This document shows, in pieces, positions 33,748 to 37,237 of a DNA stretch of 37,237 bases. This stretch comes from Octopus bimaculoides (Eukaryota), in the NCBI RefSeq assembly GCF_001194135.2, contig NC_068981.1, positions 28,635,055 through 28,672,291 of the forward strand, written 5' to 3'. The notes under the pieces are model-generated. The model was not told where the DNA came from, did not search any database, and worked only from the letters and a program-made list of their open reading frames with translations. Within the stretch, counting starts at the first letter, position 1. Each line of letters starts with the position of its first letter. The translations under genes were made by a program, and so were the position numbers.

Positions 33748-36274
33748 GTAACATAGCAACAATTGACGCTTTGGTTTTGTGGACTAGGAGACAGTGCATC
33801 AGCTCTGTTTTAGACAACCCATGAAATTCTAAGCTGTTCCTCAATATTTTTGTCGAGCCACTAAATAAAAATGCTAAATGCTTTGCCAAATAAATCTACT
33901 CCTCTCTTAAATTTAGAACTCAAGACATTCCTAAACTCAGCATATACTATACTGTTTTCTATGTAATTTAAAGCACTAGAACCTCTTGATTATGCCTACA
34001 AATGTGCCTTTTTCTTGGCGTGAAGAATTAAAACTGTCACTAATCTATGTCCTTTGTGTATATATTAATGTACTTATTGATCTATGAAATTAAGAGGAAT
34101 TATATTCCAAATATTAAGAGATTTCGTAGGATACATAGTGGAAGTTGAAGGCATCATTTTGTTTGGCGCCAATTTCTTGTAAACTTATGACATTATCACT
34201 TTTATGTACATGGAGATATCTAAGAGCTACTTAAACAAAATAACTTTATCAGATAAAAGTGTTTTCAGCACTCTACAACTAAACACACATACACACGAAC
34301 ACAAACATTTTTATATAAGCACAGAAGAACGTGGATGCATGCATCTTCGATACACACGCATATGTTTAAGTATGCATGTACCTACACATACACACACGTG
34401 CACACGCACACACATACACACACGCACACACGCACTCACACACACGCACTCACATGCACTCACACGCACGCGTATATATATATACGTATATACACACAAC
34501 ACACAGATGCATATCTATACATGCATCCACATACACATATACACATACTTAAAATAGCTTATTTTGATCTAGTAAGTCTCTTGCTACTCTGAGACTTGCA
34601 CGTGGATGCATAGCGTCTTCAGACGAAGCCCAGAAATGGAAGGGAGCGACTCAACCATGATCAAATAGTATTGAACTTCAGTCCGGTATCGAGCACCCTT
34701 TGTTACTGACAGTCAACACTATACACATGTATACATTATGTGTGCATGTAAGTGGTTGTGTTTGTGCATGTGTGTTTACGTGTGTGTTTATGTGTGTGTA
34801 TGCATATGTATATATATATATATATATATACATATATATGTATGTATGTATATATNNNNNNNNNNNNNNNNNNNNNNNNNNNNNNNNNNNNNNNNNNNNN
34901 NNNNNNNNNNNNNNNNNNNNNNNNNNNNNNNNNNNNNNNNNNNNNNNNNNNNNNNNNNNNNNNNNNNNNNNNNNNNNNNNNNNNNNNNNNNNNNNNNNNN
35001 NNNNNNNNNNNNNNNNNNNNNNNNNNNNNNNNNNNNNNNNNNNNNNNNNNNNNNNNNNNNNNNNNNNNNNNNNNNNNNNNNNNNNNNNNNNNNNNNNNNN
35101 NNNNNNNNNNNNNNNNNNNNNNNNNNNNNNNNNNNNNNNNNNNNNNNNNNNNNNNNNNNNNNNNNNNNNNNNNNNNNNNNNNNNNNNNNNNNNNNNNNNN
35201 NNNNNNNNNNNNNNNNNNNNNNNNNNNNNNNNNNNNNNNNNNNNNNNNNNNNNNNNNNNNNNNNNNNNNNNNNNNNNNNNNNNNNNNNNNNNNNNNNNNN
35301 NNNNTATATATATATATATATATATATGAGAGAGTGACATATTCATAGAAATAACGGCCTTCCTTCAGATTCTGTCTAAAGTCCAACCGTACTCGTTCTT
35401 GTTGACTCCAATATTTTTCAGTTATCTATTCACACAACAGAAAACCTGACGCAAACCTGGATCTACGTATAGTACCACTACTGGATAGCACACTTCAAGA
35501 CATACACGAGGTGTGCGTGTTATTAGTTCGTAGGGTGGCTGTGTTCTTTAGGTGTAAGAGATAATAACCTCAATGCCCTTGGTGTATGAGCACCTGAAAG
35601 CAGGTCCTATCTAAGTCTTTAGTCGGAAGTGATAACCTAAAGAGAACGGAGTATAAAGTATTTGAATGAATGTTTCACTTGCACTGACCGTACAAATTGA
35701 AGACTTCTAAGTTACCCCAACGTAGAAATATACATCTAAGAACTTATGGTAGATTTGAACTATTGACCTTAGTAACAACATTTACATCACATTACTGACT
35801 TTACAATATTACATCCACAAAAGGAAATATGTTTTCTTTAAGTATTATTTGAGAGAATCGAACAACACATAAATGATTCCGCTGGTTTCTCAATCTATGA
35901 CTATCAATCAGATATAAATTATATCAAATAATATTAATTCTATACCTAGGATGTAATCGGTCATAGCCCTGCTAGCGTTTTGTGTCGTGAACCACAGGGG
36001 AACCTATTTCAATAACATGTACAGAAGCAGATATGTATAGTCCGACCTTCGATAAAAATGAGTAACAGTAGAAATATAATTATCATATTATGTGCAGTTT
36101 CACGTATGGGACATCTGTAGTACCTGTGTGAATGTGTAAAATCGATATTCAATCTACCACAATTGTTATAAGCACAGAAAGATATTTTTTCGTGCGTCAT
36201 TTTTTAGGAAAAGTTGTTGGGATAAAATATTTATTATGTTGTCTTTGGCATTTATGAATAGATTCTGAAGTGTA

Positions 36275-36337
<63 letters not shown>

Positions 36338-36734
36338 CATATATATGTGTTTGTATATATATATTTGTATGTATGTATGTGTTTATATGTATTATATTTT
36401 ATATTTATACGTATTATGTGTATATATATTTTGTATATGTATATATGCATATATATATATAATACACATAAATATAAAATATATTATATATATAAAATAT
36501 AATACATATAAATATAAAATATAATATATAAGATATTTATATATATGTGTGTTTGTGTGTTTGCGCACAGAAATTTATATACATAAATATATTTATATAA
36601 GTATGTGTGTGTGCGTGTGTTCCGGAAGTGTACGTATCTGTGTATAACTCTCTCGGAATTACATACATCAAAACGTAAAGATGCATGAATGATATAGGTA
36701 AATATGCACACACACACATACATACATACATACA

Positions 36735-36767
<33 letters not shown>

Positions 36768-36807
36768 CGCTCTTTCTGTATCAATGGAAAGAAGAAATTT
36801 TATAAAA

Positions 36808-36920
36808 TCCGGGTAAAATGCTTGGTAGCATTTCTTTCAAATTATATTCTGAGTTCAAATTTCGCCGGGGTCGACGTTGATTCATCCGATCGGGATCGAT
36901 AAAATACATACGAGTCAAAC
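36808..36920 (+). mobile_element. Degenerate partial SINE-B
   Basis: CCGGGTAAAATGCTTGGTAGCATTTC..TTCTGAGTTCAAATTTCGCCGGGGTCGAC..GATCGATAAAATAC. Confidence 0.7.
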
Positions 36921-37237
36921 AGAAGGGTGTCTCCGATGCTTATTGTCTACAGAGTGTTTTTCTCTGGGAAAAGGATGGTTTAAACTGAATTCAAGACACC
37001 AAGACTTGCTCTATTAATTATCCTTTCAAATAATCAACCTTTAACCGAGTTTGTTCATATGAGGGTTTTTTTTACATTTTAGACTCTCGTTTTTATATAA
37101 AATAAAGTATCCTAATAAAATTTTGCCATTTTAAACATTTTAAATTAATAGTCTGAAAATAAATGAAGTCTCCTTCCATCTCTCTCTCTCTCCGTCTCTC
37201 CCTCTCTCCCTCCTTCCCTATCTCTGTCTCCCCCTCT

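Larger units (their letters stand above)
8284..35304. other. Nine assembly gaps: 8284-8473, 12771-13175, 17416-17668, 20347-20773, 22695-22886, 29813-30331, 32154-32551, 33535-33588, 34856-35304
   Basis: N runs, most bordered by (TA)n/(TG)n or other simple repeats. Confidence 0.99.

Noticed and set aside
36009-36091. Signal-peptide-like MIIIFLLLLIFIEG on minus
   Set aside because: Hydrophobic runs arise readily in AT-rich DNA, the donor (G|GTCGGA) is weak, and there is no supported downstream exon.
1677-36759. Numerous [16 protein letters not shown] ORFs and ORFs spanning N runs
   Set aside because: Artefacts of di- and tetranucleotide repeats and gaps.
3225-36920. tRNA-like A/B boxes as tRNA genes; regularly recurring motifs as a CRISPR array
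   Set aside because: The boxes are SINE heads without a cloverleaf or CCA context. The repeats are long, diverged and irregularly spaced, and there are no cas genes in this eukaryotic DNA.

Overview
AT-rich, microsatellite-dense animal genomic DNA from a draft assembly with nine N-gaps. It is most consistent with an octopod cephalopod; this is an inference from repeat families recalled from memory, with no database search run. No intact protein-coding gene, rRNA, functional tRNA or CRISPR array is supportable. The window is a transposon graveyard. It holds two tRNA-headed SINE families (called SINE-A and SINE-B here, about 20 copies or fragments), three R4/Dong-like RLE retrotransposon fragments at (TAA)n, mariner and Tc1/DD37D-like transposase remnants, a mariner MITE, a Helentron-type HINE, a LINE 3' end and Penelope-like terminal repeats. 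Most interesting signals: (1) a young SINE-B subtype joined twice at the same nucleotide (GGTATTTC) of older SINE-B copies, with an 8-bp target-site duplication visible in one case; (2) an imperfect ~300-bp inverted repeat whose arms each carry a minimal hammerhead-ribozyme-like motif; (3) a short (CATA)n-embedded repeat with a second hammerhead-like scaffold; (4) a perfect 124-bp palindrome that may be an assembly artefact. A few isolated splice-flanked micro-exon candidates exist, but no gene model can be built.
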